Shown: piece by piece, positions 27,274 through 36,632 of the stretch
How the letters are laid out: every line of letters begins with the position of its first letter
How positions within the stretch are numbered: position 1 is the first letter of the stretch
NCBI GenBank assembly: GCA_965648905.1
Contig: CBFGIT010000011.1
Location: forward strand, 3,810-67,809
Length of the DNA: 64,000 nucleotides
Direction of reading: 5' to 3'
Source of the DNA: a candidate division WOR-3 bacterium
Lineage (GTDB): Bacteria; Hydrothermota; Tepidihabitantia; Tepidihabitantales; Tepidihabitantaceae
Position numbers and translations under genes: made by a program
The notes under the pieces: generated by a model
What the model was told of the DNA's origin: nothing
The model's input: the letters and a program-made list of their open reading frames with translations, nothing else
Database searches by the model: none

Positions 27274-29552
27274 GGTTTGGGCGCGGTCGGTTTGCGCGGC
27301 TCTTTCTTGATGTAACGGCAGTCCGGGTAACCAGAGCAGGCGGTAAACAGGCCGAATCGGCCCTGCCGCTGGACCATCGGTTTGCCGCATTTGGGGCACG
27401 CCTCGGCAAGCTGTCTGGGTTCTGGTTGCCGGGTGCGAACCATGAACCGACACTCCGGGTACCCCGAGCAGCCAATAATCACCCCCATCCGACCCTGCTT
27501 CTCAGCCAGCGGTTTGCCGCACTTTGGACACGGCTCGCCCGGCTTGAGGGCAGCATGAACTTCGCGCTTGACGTATCGGCACTCCGGGTAGCCCGAGCAG
27601 GCCGCAAACGGACCGAACCGGCCCCGGCGTTCCACCAGTTGACGGCCGCATTCCGGGCACTTGTCTTCGAGAAGCCGGGGCTGGGTTTTCTTGACGTATC
27701 GGCATTCCGGGTAACGGCCGCAGGCGACGAATTTGCCGAATCGCCCCCAGCGTTCTACAAGGCCGGCACCGCACTCCGGGCACTTCTCATCGAGCTCCTG
27801 ACGCAGGTCCTGGCGGATACCATCGACGCGGTCCGCGACCCGGTCCAGGTCTTCCTTGAAAGGGCGGTAGAAGCGGCCGACAACTTCCTGCCAGGGTTCG
27901 TTGCCTTCTTCCACGAGGTCGAGTTCTTTCTCCATCTCACGCGTGAACCCGACCTCAAACACGTTGGCGAAGCGGGGGATGAGCACGTCGTTGACGACCA
28001 TCCCGAGCTCAGTCGGATGAAGCCGGCCTTCCTTGCGCTCGGCGTACTTGCGGTCGAAGAGCGTGCCGACGATTGTGGCATAGGTTGAGGGTCGTCCGAT
28101 GCCGTTCGTTTCCAGCCGCTTGATGAGCGTTGCTTCGCTGAACCGAGGCGGTGGCTGGGTGAACTTCTGTTCGGCGTCCAGCTCTTTCATCGTCAACGGC
28201 TCGCCGGCCACAAGCTGAGGCAGGGTTCGTTCTTTGTCCGGGTCGCCGTACACGCGCTCGAAGCCGCTCGCAATGCAGCGGACCGCATCGGCTCTGAAGG
28301 TATAGTCGCCGCCCATGACATCAATTTCGGTAAGGCCGTACACGGCATCGGCCATCTGACTGGCGACGAACCGCCGGTAAATCAGGTCGTAGAGTCGGAA
28401 CTGGTCCGGAGTGAGAAAGTTCTTGACCGAGTCCGGGGTACGGTCGATGCGCGTCGGGCGGATTGCTTCGTGCGCGCCCTGCGTGCCTTTGCGGTCCGGG
28501 TAGTGCCTCGGCTTCTCCGGCACGAACTCGGCGCCAAAGTGACGGGCGATGAAATCGCGGGTATCGGCGACGAAATCGGCCGCAACCCGGAACGAATCGG
28601 TCCGGGGATAGGTAATCAAGCCAGCGGTCTCCTTGCCCAGCTCGATGCCTTCGAACAGCTCCTGAGCGGCACGCATCGCCCGCTGGGCAGAAAACCCGAG
28701 TCGCTGAACCGCGTCCTGCTGCATCGTCGCGGTGACAAAAGGTGGCAGGGGCCGGCGCCGGCGCTCGCGCTGTCGCACGTCGGCAACCCGGAAAATAGCC
28801 CTCGTGCAGCCAGCGCGCACCGCCGCGACGTCGTCCTGACTGCGCAGCTTGAACTCCTCACCGCGAATCCGGGCAAGCGCCGCCTCGAATGTCTGCCCGT
28901 CGGCCCGGGCAAAGATGGCCCTGACCAGCCAGTACTCCTCGGGCTTGAATGCCTGAATCTCGCGCTCGCGCTCAACCAGGAGACGAAGGGCAACCGTCTG
29001 GACTCGGCCGGCCGAGAGCCCGCCCCGCACGATCTTCCACAACAGGGGCGAGACCAGATAACCGACCAGTCGGTCGAGCACCCGGCGCGCGCGGTGGGAG
29101 TTGACTTTGTTCATGTCCACTTCGGCCGGCTGGGCAAATGCCTCGTCGATGCCGCGAGGCGTGATTTCGTACAGCAGGACGCGCTTGATTCGCGCGCCGT
29201 CGCCGACTTCAGCCGCGACCGAATAGGCGATCGCTTCGCCCTCGCGGTCCGGGTCACAGCCGAGAAAGACAGTGCGGGCGGCCCGGGCTTCGGCTTTGAG
29301 CTCGTTGATGAGCTGAGCCTTGCCGCGGATCCGGATGTACTCCGGCTCAAATCCATGTTCGATGTCAACGCCTAGTCTTGACTTGGGCAGGTCGGCGATG
29401 TGGCCGCGCGACGAAAGCACCTTCATCCGGCCATCGAGCAGCAAGCTGATGGTGCGTGCCTTGGTCGGCGACTCGACAATCAGCAGGTCACGAGCCCGAC
29501 TCGACCGGACCTGAGCCTCAGTTGTTCGGGCAGGCTTCTTCTTTGTCCGCAT
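27270..29552 (-). CDS. topA: DNA topoisomerase I with four C-terminal zinc ribbons
   Basis: TOPRIM LLIVESPTKA, active-site region ITYPRTDS, and four repeats of CP.CG......GRFG.F.ACSGYP.C. Confidence 0.9.
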   Translation of the reverse strand: MRTKKKPARTTEAQVRSSRARDLLIVESPTKARTISLLLDGRMKVLSSRGHIADLPKSRLGVDIEHGFEPEYIRIRGKAQLINELKAEARAARTVFLGCDPDREGEAIAYSVAAEVGDGARIKRVLLYEITPRGIDEAFAQPAEVDMNKVNSHRARRVLDRLVGYLVSPLLWKIVRGGLSAGRVQTVALRLLVEREREIQAFKPEEYWLVRAIFARADGQTFEAALARIRGEEFKLRSQDDVAAVRAGCTRAIFRVADVRQRERRRRPLPPFVTATMQQDAVQRLGFSAQRAMRAAQELFEGIELGKETAGLITYPRTDSFRVAADFVADTRDFIARHFGAEFVPEKPRHYPDRKGTQGAHEAIRPTRIDRTPDSVKNFLTPDQFRLYDLIYRRFVASQMADAVYGLTEIDVMGGDYTFRADAVRCIASGFERVYGDPDKERTLPQLVAGEPLTMKELDAEQKFTQPPPRFSEATLIKRLETNGIGRPSTYATIVGTLFDRKYAERKEGRLHPTELGMVVNDVLIPRFANVFEVGFTREMEKELDLVEEGNEPWQEVVGRFYRPFKEDLDRVADRVDGIRQDLRQELDEKCPECGAGLVERWGRFGKFVACGRYPECRYVKKTQPRLLEDKCPECGRQLVERRGRFGPFAACSGYPECRYVKREVHAALKPGEPCPKCGKPLAEKQGRMGVIIGCSGYPECRFMVRTRQPEPRQLAEACPKCGKPMVQRQGRFGLFTACSGYPDCRYIKKEPRKPTAPKP

Positions 29553-29561
29553 GGCGTGAGT

Positions 29562-29589
29562 AGAATAGTGACGTTCCCTCTGGTGTCAA
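29562..29589 (-). promoter_or_regulatory. sigma70-like promoter TTGACA-N16-TATTCT, 9 nt upstream of the topA ATG
   Basis: Plus strand shows agaata at 29562-67 and tgtcaa at 29584-89. Confidence 0.5.
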
Positions 29590-29606
29590 CTGCCGGGCGC
29601 AGTTGG

Positions 29607-29978
29607 TCACTCCTCGATAACCACGACCGCGGCCGCGTAGTCGTCGAGATGAGTGATACTCAGATGGGTCTTTCTGGTGCCGAGCAGCCGCGCCGCCCGG
29701 CCCGAGACCGCGACCGTCGGTCGCGTGCGCTCGTTGTCCCGAATCTCGATTTCGTTCCAGTTGATGGCACCGCGCAGACCGGTACCCAGTGCCTTGGCAA
29801 AAGCCTCTTTGGCGGCGAAGCGACCGGCATAGGAAAGATGACGGTGAGCCACACGCTCGCAGAACTCGACCTCCCGGGCAGTGAAGACCCGGGCCCGGAA
29901 CCGCTTGGGAAACCGCTCCAGCGCCTGCCGGATGCGCTCGACCTTCACCAGGTCGATGCCGACACCAAAGACCGGCAC
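29607..29978 (-). CDS. acpS: holo-ACP synthase
   Basis: GVGIDLVKVERI ... FAAKEAFAKA motifs. Confidence 0.8.
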   Translation of the reverse strand: MPVFGVGIDLVKVERIRQALERFPKRFRARVFTAREVEFCERVAHRHLSYAGRFAAKEAFAKALGTGLRGAINWNEIEIRDNERTRPTVAVSGRAARLLGTRKTHLSITHLDDYAAAVVVIEE

Positions 29979-29990
29979 AGCGAGACTCGG

Positions 29991-30683
29991 CTAGCTGCCC
30001 GCGGACCGGTTCAGCCGTTCAATGACCGGAATCAGTTCCAGAATGTCCCCAATCTCGAAATCAGCGCCGGAGTGTTCGGTACCGAACGTGTCGCCGTAAC
30101 GGGCGAAAACCGTATGCATCCCGATTGTCTTCGCGCCGACGATGTCACGCTCGGCCCAGTCACCAACCATCACCGCCTCGTGCGGTGCGACCCCAAGCAG
30201 CTCGAGCGCCTTCTGGAACGGTTCCGGCGCAGGCTTGCGTTGACCGGTGTCGTCAAAGGTGACGACGACGTCGAAGAACCCGTCGACCCCAAGCGAGCAG
30301 AGCCGCATCCACGCCTGGAGCTTGGGCGCATCCGAGACCACACCCAGCACCAGCCCGTTGCGCACAAGCCGCAGCAGGGCCATCCGGACATGCGGGTACG
30401 CGACGAGCACGCCTTCTCGGCCCCGGCGATAGGCGAGGATGCCGTTGGCCAGTATCCGGTAGTCGACGTACCCGAGCACGCTCTTCAGGAACTCGTCGAA
30501 CACCTGCTGAAACTCGATTCCCTTTTCGCCGTAGATTTCGTAGATTCTCTTGTGCGCCTGTTCGTGGGTCAGGTCCAGGCCGGCGTCAATCATCGCGTCG
30601 ATTGCCGCGTCCACGGCCGCATCTTTCATCTTCATGAAGTCAACGAGCGTGTTGTCGACGTCGAAGACAACGGCCTTAATCAT
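29991..30683 (-). CDS. HAD-superfamily hydrolase
   Basis: Motif I VVFDVDNTLV and a late motif MVGD. Start moved to MIKAVVFD. Confidence 0.7.
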   Translation of the reverse strand: MIKAVVFDVDNTLVDFMKMKDAAVDAAIDAMIDAGLDLTHEQAHKRIYEIYGEKGIEFQQVFDEFLKSVLGYVDYRILANGILAYRRGREGVLVAYPHVRMALLRLVRNGLVLGVVSDAPKLQAWMRLCSLGVDGFFDVVVTFDDTGQRKPAPEPFQKALELLGVAPHEAVMVGDWAERDIVGAKTIGMHTVFARYGDTFGTEHSGADFEIGDILELIPVIERLNRSAGS

Positions 30684-30684
30684 A

Positions 30685-31233
30685 CTACTTCTTCCGGCCC
30701 CGACGCACCTGACCGCGGTCGGGCGCACGAAACGACTGCTGCAGCCGATGATAGGTCGCCTGCAGATGCTCGCTGATTACCTTGGTCTCGCCGATGAGCG
30801 GCATGAAGTTCACATCACCGGACCAGCGCGGCACGATGTGGACGTGCAGGTGTCCGGCCACGCCCGCGCCCGCAGGTCGGCCCAGATTCAGGCCGATGTT
30901 GAACCCCTGGGGTTTGAGCACCCGGCGCAGGACGGTAACACAGCGCTGAGTCAGTCGGAAGAGCTCTCTTCCTTCGGCTTCGGTCAACCGGTCAATCAGC
31001 GCCACATGCCGGGCCGGCGCGACCATCAGATGGCCGTTGTTGTACGGGAACCGGTTCATCATTACCAAACCGAGCCGCGAACGGAGCAGCACCAGCCGAG
31101 CTTCGTCGTCGCGGGCCGCCAGGGTCCGGCAGAACAGGCAATGCCGGGGGCCGGTTGAATCCTTGCATGGGGCAGAGTTGATGTACTCGGCGCGCCATGG
31201 CGCCCAGAGCAGCGCGGGTCGGGTCGGTCGCAT
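30685..31233 (-). CDS. HIT-family nucleotide hydrolase/transferase
   Basis: Histidine triad GHLHVHIVPRW. Confidence 0.75.
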   Translation of the reverse strand: MRPTRPALLWAPWRAEYINSAPCKDSTGPRHCLFCRTLAARDDEARLVLLRSRLGLVMMNRFPYNNGHLMVAPARHVALIDRLTEAEGRELFRLTQRCVTVLRRVLKPQGFNIGLNLGRPAGAGVAGHLHVHIVPRWSGDVNFMPLIGETKVISEHLQATYHRLQQSFRAPDRGQVRRGRKK

Positions 31234-31238
31234 CGTGC

Positions 31239-32522
31239 TCAGAAAAGCCCCATCTGCTGTCCGGGTTCGACGTCCTTGAGCGCGGCCCGTGACGCGGAGT
31301 CGGGCAACACGCGCACCACGCCGAACACGCCGTCGTACCCGGCAGTTGCCCGAACCTCACCGGCCCGCATCCGTTCGACCCCGAGCGCAACCCGCTCGCC
31401 GGCGTGCCGTTCGATTTCGCTCGTCGGCGCATTGAGGAGAACCTCGAACTCGTTGCCCAGCTCCTTGACAAGGCCCTCGTAGACCTTGTGGACCCCGGCG
31501 GTATCGCGGCCTGCGCCCAGGGCCTCGCCGATAATCTCCTCGAGCGGAACCAGGTGCTTGAACGGGATGCGGTCCGACGGTACCTCTTCCGGTCGGCGGT
31601 CGGCCAGCTCCTCGACCCGGTGCAGCACGCCGACGGTCAGTTGCCGGCCGCAGACCGGACAGAGGTTGTTGTTCAGCAGCGACTCGGCCGGCGACAGACT
31701 GATGCCGCAGGCCCGATGGCCGTCGAAGTGGTACTTGCCTTCCTCGGGAAAAAACTCGATGGTGTAGAGGAATCGGCGCTGATCCCGATCCTTGAGCGCC
31801 TGGCGCACGCCATCGTAGGTCAGCTCGCAGTCAAAGACGTTGGCCTCTCGACCCAGCCGGTTGGGCGAGTGGGCGTCCGAGTTGGAGATGAGCGCGCGGG
31901 CATCGAGTGCCGACAGCCGCCAGTTCATCGGTGGGTCGCTCGACAGCCCGGTCTCGACCGCGAAGACCTCGCCCGAGAGGTCGCCGAAGCACTCTTCAAT
32001 TGTATCAAACCCGGAGTTCGAACCGTAGAGCGAGAACCACGGCGTCCAGATGTGCGCCGGAACGACGAATGCCCGCGGGTCAAGTTCGAGTACCTTGGCC
32101 AGAATATCGCGGCTTGAGACGCTGAGCGTGGGCCGGCCGTCTGAAGCCAGCTTGCCGTAGCCGTCAAGCCAGGAGGTCAGCCGGGCCGCGGTCTCGAAAC
32201 TCGGAACAAAGACCATGTTGTGAATCCGGCGCAGCCGGCCGCCCGAGCTGTAGATGCTGTTCAGTTCGACGTTGAGCATGAAGTAGGTGTCGTCGTGCAC
32301 GAACAGACCGTTGCCGGTCGGTTTCAGGTTCGTCTTGAGCGACTTGGCGTACTCCGGATGGGTGAAATCGCCGGTGCCGAGCAGCCTGATGCCCTTGGTT
32401 CGGGCGGCAACCGAAAGCGCCGGGATGTCCATATCCCGGCTCGTGGCGCGGGAGAACCGGGAATGAATGTGCAGGTCGGCGATGAACTGCATCTTCGCCA
32501 TTCTAGCCGCCCTGCGCCTCAA
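31239..32522 (-). CDS. PHP-domain endonuclease Q-like protein
   Basis: N-terminus ADLHIHSRFSRATS ... LGTGDFTHP and a zinc motif CPVCGRQLTVGVLHRV, as I recall them from EndoQ. The start could be one of three nearby Met codons. Confidence 0.6.
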   Translation of the reverse strand: MRRRAARMAKMQFIADLHIHSRFSRATSRDMDIPALSVAARTKGIRLLGTGDFTHPEYAKSLKTNLKPTGNGLFVHDDTYFMLNVELNSIYSSGGRLRRIHNMVFVPSFETAARLTSWLDGYGKLASDGRPTLSVSSRDILAKVLELDPRAFVVPAHIWTPWFSLYGSNSGFDTIEECFGDLSGEVFAVETGLSSDPPMNWRLSALDARALISNSDAHSPNRLGREANVFDCELTYDGVRQALKDRDQRRFLYTIEFFPEEGKYHFDGHRACGISLSPAESLLNNNLCPVCGRQLTVGVLHRVEELADRRPEEVPSDRIPFKHLVPLEEIIGEALGAGRDTAGVHKVYEGLVKELGNEFEVLLNAPTSEIERHAGERVALGVERMRAGEVRATAGYDGVFGVVRVLPDSASRAALKDVEPGQQMGLF

Positions 32523-32540
32523 GTCAAAGAACGAACCCGA

Positions 32541-33284
32541 CTAGCGGGCGACAACCATCATTCTCGTGGTGTACGGGCCGGGCGCAATGAAACTGCCGTG
32601 TTGGTAGAAGTACGTCTCCCGGAACCCGGCGGCACGCAGACTGCGCTCGACCTCTTCCTGATGATAGGCCCGCTCCTGATGCAGCTCCTCGAACCTCTCC
32701 GCGCACTGCTTCCTGGACGAATCCCAGAACGTCAGGTGCAGCGAAGAGACGCGCGTTTCCGGGTCGTAGGTGTTGTGCCAGACCGACTGAATCCCGCCGG
32801 TCTCGCGCATTGTCGTCCGATTACCCCAGAACTCAGCCAAGCCGTAGACCGTGTTCATATCAAAGGCGAAAAGACCGGCTTCGGACAGGGCCCGGCGCAC
32901 GCAGGTAAAACACCGCACCATGTCCTCTTCAACCAGAAGATAGTTGATGCTGTCGTAGAGACTGACCGCGGCGTCGAACCGGTCGCCAACGCTGAAATCC
33001 CGGATGTCAGCCTGCACCGTCCGAATCGGCAGTTCGCCCCGCTTCTTGGCAAGGACTTCAAGCATCTCGGGCGAACGGTCCACGCCCGTGACCCGGTACC
33101 CGCGCCGGGCCAGAAGCACGGCCGGAATTCCTGTGCCGCAGGCAACATCGAGCACGGTCTTCGGTTGCACGCCGAACCGGCGGAACAACTTTTCCAAGTA
33201 GTCAATCCACCCCTTGTAGTCAACGTACTTGAGCATGAAACGGTCGTAGTAGAACGCGAACCGGCTGAACGGGTCTCGGACCAT
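32541..33284 (-). CDS. class I SAM-dependent methyltransferase
   Basis: Motif I VLDVACGTG. Start moved to the ATG at 33284. Confidence 0.75.
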   Translation of the reverse strand: MVRDPFSRFAFYYDRFMLKYVDYKGWIDYLEKLFRRFGVQPKTVLDVACGTGIPAVLLARRGYRVTGVDRSPEMLEVLAKKRGELPIRTVQADIRDFSVGDRFDAAVSLYDSINYLLVEEDMVRCFTCVRRALSEAGLFAFDMNTVYGLAEFWGNRTTMRETGGIQSVWHNTYDPETRVSSLHLTFWDSSRKQCAERFEELHQERAYHQEEVERSLRAAGFRETYFYQHGSFIAPGPYTTRMMVVAR

Positions 33285-33294
33285 GGGTATGGTC

Positions 33295-33322
33295 AATATA
33301 GACCGTGCCGGCCAGAAGTCAA
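33295..33322 (-). promoter_or_regulatory. sigma70-like promoter TTGACT-N16-TATATT, 10 nt upstream of the methyltransferase ATG
   Basis: Plus strand shows aatata at 33295-300 and agtcaa at 33317-22. Confidence 0.5.
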
Positions 33323-33385
33323 CTGCCCGGTCGCGTTTCCGACCCGCGTGCGCGCTGCCCTGCTCTGTTCTGCAGCATCCGCATT

Positions 33386-33413
33386 TGACACGCCACAGCC
33401 CCGGAGTATCATC
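33386..33413 (+). promoter_or_regulatory. sigma70-like promoter TTGACA-N16-TATCAT heading the six-gene cargo cluster
   Basis: Followed by a ~35-nt leader with AAAGGAAG before the GTG at 33448. Confidence 0.5.
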
Positions 33414-33447
33414 ACGGCTGACCGCGAAGACAAGAAAGGAAGTCGAT

Positions 33448-34758
33448 GTGAAGTACTGCGTGCTGATGCTGTTTGTTCTGAGCTTGGCTGCGTCCCCGGC
33501 CCCAGGCCAGTGGTTCGAAACGACCGTTCCGGCCGACAGTTGGCCGTTCGCCCTCTGCCACAACCCGCAAGACGACAGAGTCTACTGCGCCAACTGGGGT
33601 GGCGGCAATGTCACGGTGATTGATGGAGCGACCAATGCCGTGGTAACGACCGTTGCCACCGGCGCTCAGGCGCGTGCCGTCATCTACAGCCCGACAAACA
33701 ACAAAGTCCTCTGCCTCAATGAGGAGGCAAGGAACCTGAGCGTGATTGACGGCGAGACCAACGTCGTCGTTGCCAGCGAGAGCCTGGGCATGAGGCCGTG
33801 GGACGGTGTTCGCTGCCCGGCAAACGACCGGCTCTATGTCATTGGCCGCAACCCGAACCGAATCGCTGTAGTGAATTGCCAGACTTACACGGTTGAGACG
33901 AGCATCACGCTCGCGCAGGGACCCTATGGCATCTGCTACGACTCAACCGACAACCGGGTCTATGTCGCCACGCGGGACGACAGCACGGTTACTGCTATCG
34001 ACTGCGCAACCAACACGGTCATCGCCACAGTGAGGGTCGGACCAGCGCCGAACAGACTCTGCTGGAACTCGCGCGAGAACCGGGTCTACACCGCAACGGC
34101 CGAAGCGCTCGACTCGACGGTCTCGGTGATCGACTGTGCCTCCAACTCCGTGGTCGCCACGCTCAAGCCATGTCGGTACCCGCACCGCGTGACCTACGAC
34201 CCGGTGCAGAGCCGGGTCTATGTCAGCAGCTTCTCCGACAGCCGGGTGGTGGTGATTGACGGCGCAACGAACCAGGTCATCGCGGCGGTACCGGTTCCCG
34301 GTCTGCCTGAAGGCGGCTGTGCCGTACCCGAACTCGGCTACGTGTTCATCGCCGTGCGCAGCGACTCCGTGCTTGCATTTGATGTCGCCACGGCCAGCAT
34401 CGCTGCCCGGGTCGGGGTCGGACGCGGCCCCTCGTCGCTCGTCTACAATCCGATTGACAACCGCGTCTACACGACCGACTTCTACGGCGCGACTGTGTCT
34501 ATCCTCCGGGCCTCAGGCGGTGTTGAGGAAACGCCGAAGGCCGAGAGCCGAATGTCGAGCCGCAGTCCTGCCATCGTCCGCAGTGTTCTCCATCTGCAAT
34601 CTGAGGTCGCATTGCTGGATGTCAACGGCCGCAAGGTCCTCGACCTGCGCCCCGGCCCGAACGACGTTTCGTGTCTCGCGCCCGGGGTCTACTTCATACG
34701 GCATACCACGACAAGAGCTCGAGCCCAAGCTGTGAGCAAAACAGTCATAGCGAGGTAA
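33448..34758 (+). CDS. YVTN-family beta-propeller repeat protein with T9SS-type C-terminal domain
   Basis: Repeated ...N.VYVA.....VSVID..TN.VVATI.VG..P units, a signal peptide, and C-terminus IVRSVL ... LRPGPNDVSCLAPGVYFI. Confidence 0.75.
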   Translation: MKYCVLMLFVLSLAASPAPGQWFETTVPADSWPFALCHNPQDDRVYCANWGGGNVTVIDGATNAVVTTVATGAQARAVIYSPTNNKVLCLNEEARNLSVIDGETNVVVASESLGMRPWDGVRCPANDRLYVIGRNPNRIAVVNCQTYTVETSITLAQGPYGICYDSTDNRVYVATRDDSTVTAIDCATNTVIATVRVGPAPNRLCWNSRENRVYTATAEALDSTVSVIDCASNSVVATLKPCRYPHRVTYDPVQSRVYVSSFSDSRVVVIDGATNQVIAAVPVPGLPEGGCAVPELGYVFIAVRSDSVLAFDVATASIAARVGVGRGPSSLVYNPIDNRVYTTDFYGATVSILRASGGVEETPKAESRMSSRSPAIVRSVLHLQSEVALLDVNGRKVLDLRPGPNDVSCLAPGVYFIRHTTTRARAQAVSKTVIAR

Positions 34759-34764
34759 GAGAGC

Positions 34765-35988
34765 GTGAAGCGGCCCGCGACCGCCATGTTCTGCCTGTTC
34801 GTCGCCTCGGCTGCGGCCGCGCCTGGCTGGCACCAGGTCAGCTTCCCTTTCCAGGTCAATACGGTCGCGGTGGCGAGTGACAGCGAGGCGTGGGCCGCAG
34901 GCACAGCCGCAAGCTACCTTTCCGGCTTCTTCCATTGGGACGGAGGCAACTGGACGCTCGCTGACACGTTCCGCAACCAACTGGTCTACGACATCTGCTA
35001 TGCTGGCTCCGATGTATGGGCCGTGGGTGAGCAGTTCAACTTCCCGGACGGGTGCGTGTATCGATGGAACGGCGAGCACTGGCAGCAGCAGGCCGACCCG
35101 TACGACCGCGCCCTGCAGGCGGTTGCGTTTTCCGACTCCGCGCACGGATACGCGGCGGGTGCCGCGCCGGTCACGCAACACCCGGTGGTGAAGTACGCCG
35201 ACGGTGAATGGCGTCTGGACTCCGCGCTGACCACGCGGAGAATCATCTGCGGCCTTGCCTCGCCGTGGTACGGCAAGTGCTACGCGGTCGGTGACTCAGG
35301 CGCGATATTCCTCTATGACTACGGCACGTGGAAGCAGAAGACAAGCCCCACGACCCGTGTCCTGCGCCGAGTGGCGATGTGCTCGAACACCGAAGGCTGG
35401 GCCGTCGGCGACGGCGGCACCATCCTGCGCTGCTTCAAGGATTCCTGGACCCTCACGCCGTCGCCTACCACGCGCAACCTCCGCGGCCTTGCCATCGCCG
35501 GCACCGGCGACGAAGCGTGGGCGGTCGGCGACTCGGGCACGATTCTCCACTGCGTTCAGGACTCGTGGCGGCTCGACCCGTTCGTACCGGACCCGACCGA
35601 CGCGACGCTCTACACGGCTTCGTTCAACTCCGGTACCCACGGCTGGGCCTTCGGGTACAAGACCTTTGGCGCGCGCGTCGCGCTCCACTACTACGACCCG
35701 CTCGGAACCGAAGAAGCGCCAGACGCCGAGCACCGTACTGTCCGACTGGGGACATTGGGGCCGACGCCGAACCGCGGCGCCACCATCGTCCACGGCATGC
35801 TCAATCTGCAATCTGCAACCTGCAGTCTGCACTCTGAAGTGGTTCTGCTCGACATCTCTGGTCGTAAAGTGCTGGACCTTGAGCCCGGCCCGAACGACGT
35901 CTCCCACCTTACGCCCGGGGTGTACTTCCTGCGGTCAACTAGTGCCGGACAGCGGTCAGCGGTCGCCAAGGTCGTGCTCCAGCGTTAG
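34765..35988 (+). CDS. secreted Ycf48/BNR-like beta-propeller protein with T9SS-type C-terminal domain
   Basis: Repeated WAVGD(S/G)G(T/A)I(L/F) blades, a signal peptide, and C-terminus IVHGML ... LEPGPNDVSHLTPGVYFL. Confidence 0.6.
   Translation: MKRPATAMFCLFVASAAAAPGWHQVSFPFQVNTVAVASDSEAWAAGTAASYLSGFFHWDGGNWTLADTFRNQLVYDICYAGSDVWAVGEQFNFPDGCVYRWNGEHWQQQADPYDRALQAVAFSDSAHGYAAGAAPVTQHPVVKYADGEWRLDSALTTRRIICGLASPWYGKCYAVGDSGAIFLYDYGTWKQKTSPTTRVLRRVAMCSNTEGWAVGDGGTILRCFKDSWTLTPSPTTRNLRGLAIAGTGDEAWAVGDSGTILHCVQDSWRLDPFVPDPTDATLYTASFNSGTHGWAFGYKTFGARVALHYYDPLGTEEAPDAEHRTVRLGTLGPTPNRGATIVHGMLNLQSATCSLHSEVVLLDISGRKVLDLEPGPNDVSHLTPGVYFLRSTSAGQRSAVAKVVLQR
35803..35837 (+). repeat. imperfect heptanucleotide tandem AATCTGC AATCTGC AACCTGC AGTCTGC ACTCTGA inside the sorting-domain coding region
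   Basis: Read directly from the sequence. It encodes NLQSATCSLHSE. Confidence 0.7.
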
Positions 35989-36480
35989 CGCCGAGGACCG
36001 ACCGGCTGAACGATTGTTGTCTGGTTTTCACTGCTCATACCATCGGCTGGGACGTAAGCAGCATTCAGCTCCAAAGCTAAAGCCGGACAGCACGCCGAGG
36101 CAGTCGCCGGCCTGACCGCACAGCCCCCGGGCAGACCAACTGCCTGATTGTCGGCCCGTGTCTCCGCTTGAGCGTGCGTCCGCGGCAGCGCACAAGACCT
36201 GACCTGAAGCAGCACTCCCGGTAACGCCCGAAGAGACGTCTGCGGCATTGCGCGCGGCACGACGTCAGGCAGAAACACAACAGACGTGCCTTTGGTTGCA
36301 ACACTCAAGGCATGTGCACAGAGCATATGGGAGACCGGGGAGGACTTGACATTGCCGGCACTGTAACATCATCACCGGCAAGAACTTAGACCAATTCCGA
36401 CCCCATCGGCCAAGTATAAGGAGTGCCATAATCATGAATCGTGCAGGCCGTCGCCTTCGCGAAACCCTTGCTGCTCGCAA

Positions 36481-36505
36481 CTGGCCATTGGCACCTGGCC
36501 ATTGG
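36481..36505. repeat. direct repeat CTGGCCATTGG-CAC-CTGGCCATTGG upstream of the promoter at 36568
   Basis: Two identical 11-mers 14 nt apart, start to start. They contain TTGGC-N5-GCCAA dyad symmetry. Confidence 0.6.
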
Positions 36506-36567
36506 GCATTCCCGACACAAGCGGGCCGCAGATTGCCTCGGACATCAAGTACCGGCCTGCCCCAAAA

Positions 36568-36597
36568 TTGACAGACGCCTGTGTCCGGGTGTAACAT
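36568..36597 (+). promoter_or_regulatory. sigma70-like promoter TTGACA-N18-TAACAT
   Basis: About 35 nt of leader with GAGGAGG before the ATG at 36633. Confidence 0.45.
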
Positions 36598-36632
36598 GGT
36601 GTCGGTCCATGACGGCACAAGAGGAGGCCAAA

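Noticed and set aside
36489-36505. Sigma54 promoter (TGGCAC-N5-TTGC)
   Set aside because: TGGCAC is present, but the -12 element reads CATTG/TTGG rather than TTGC(A/T) at the required spacing. I interpret it as part of a direct repeat instead.
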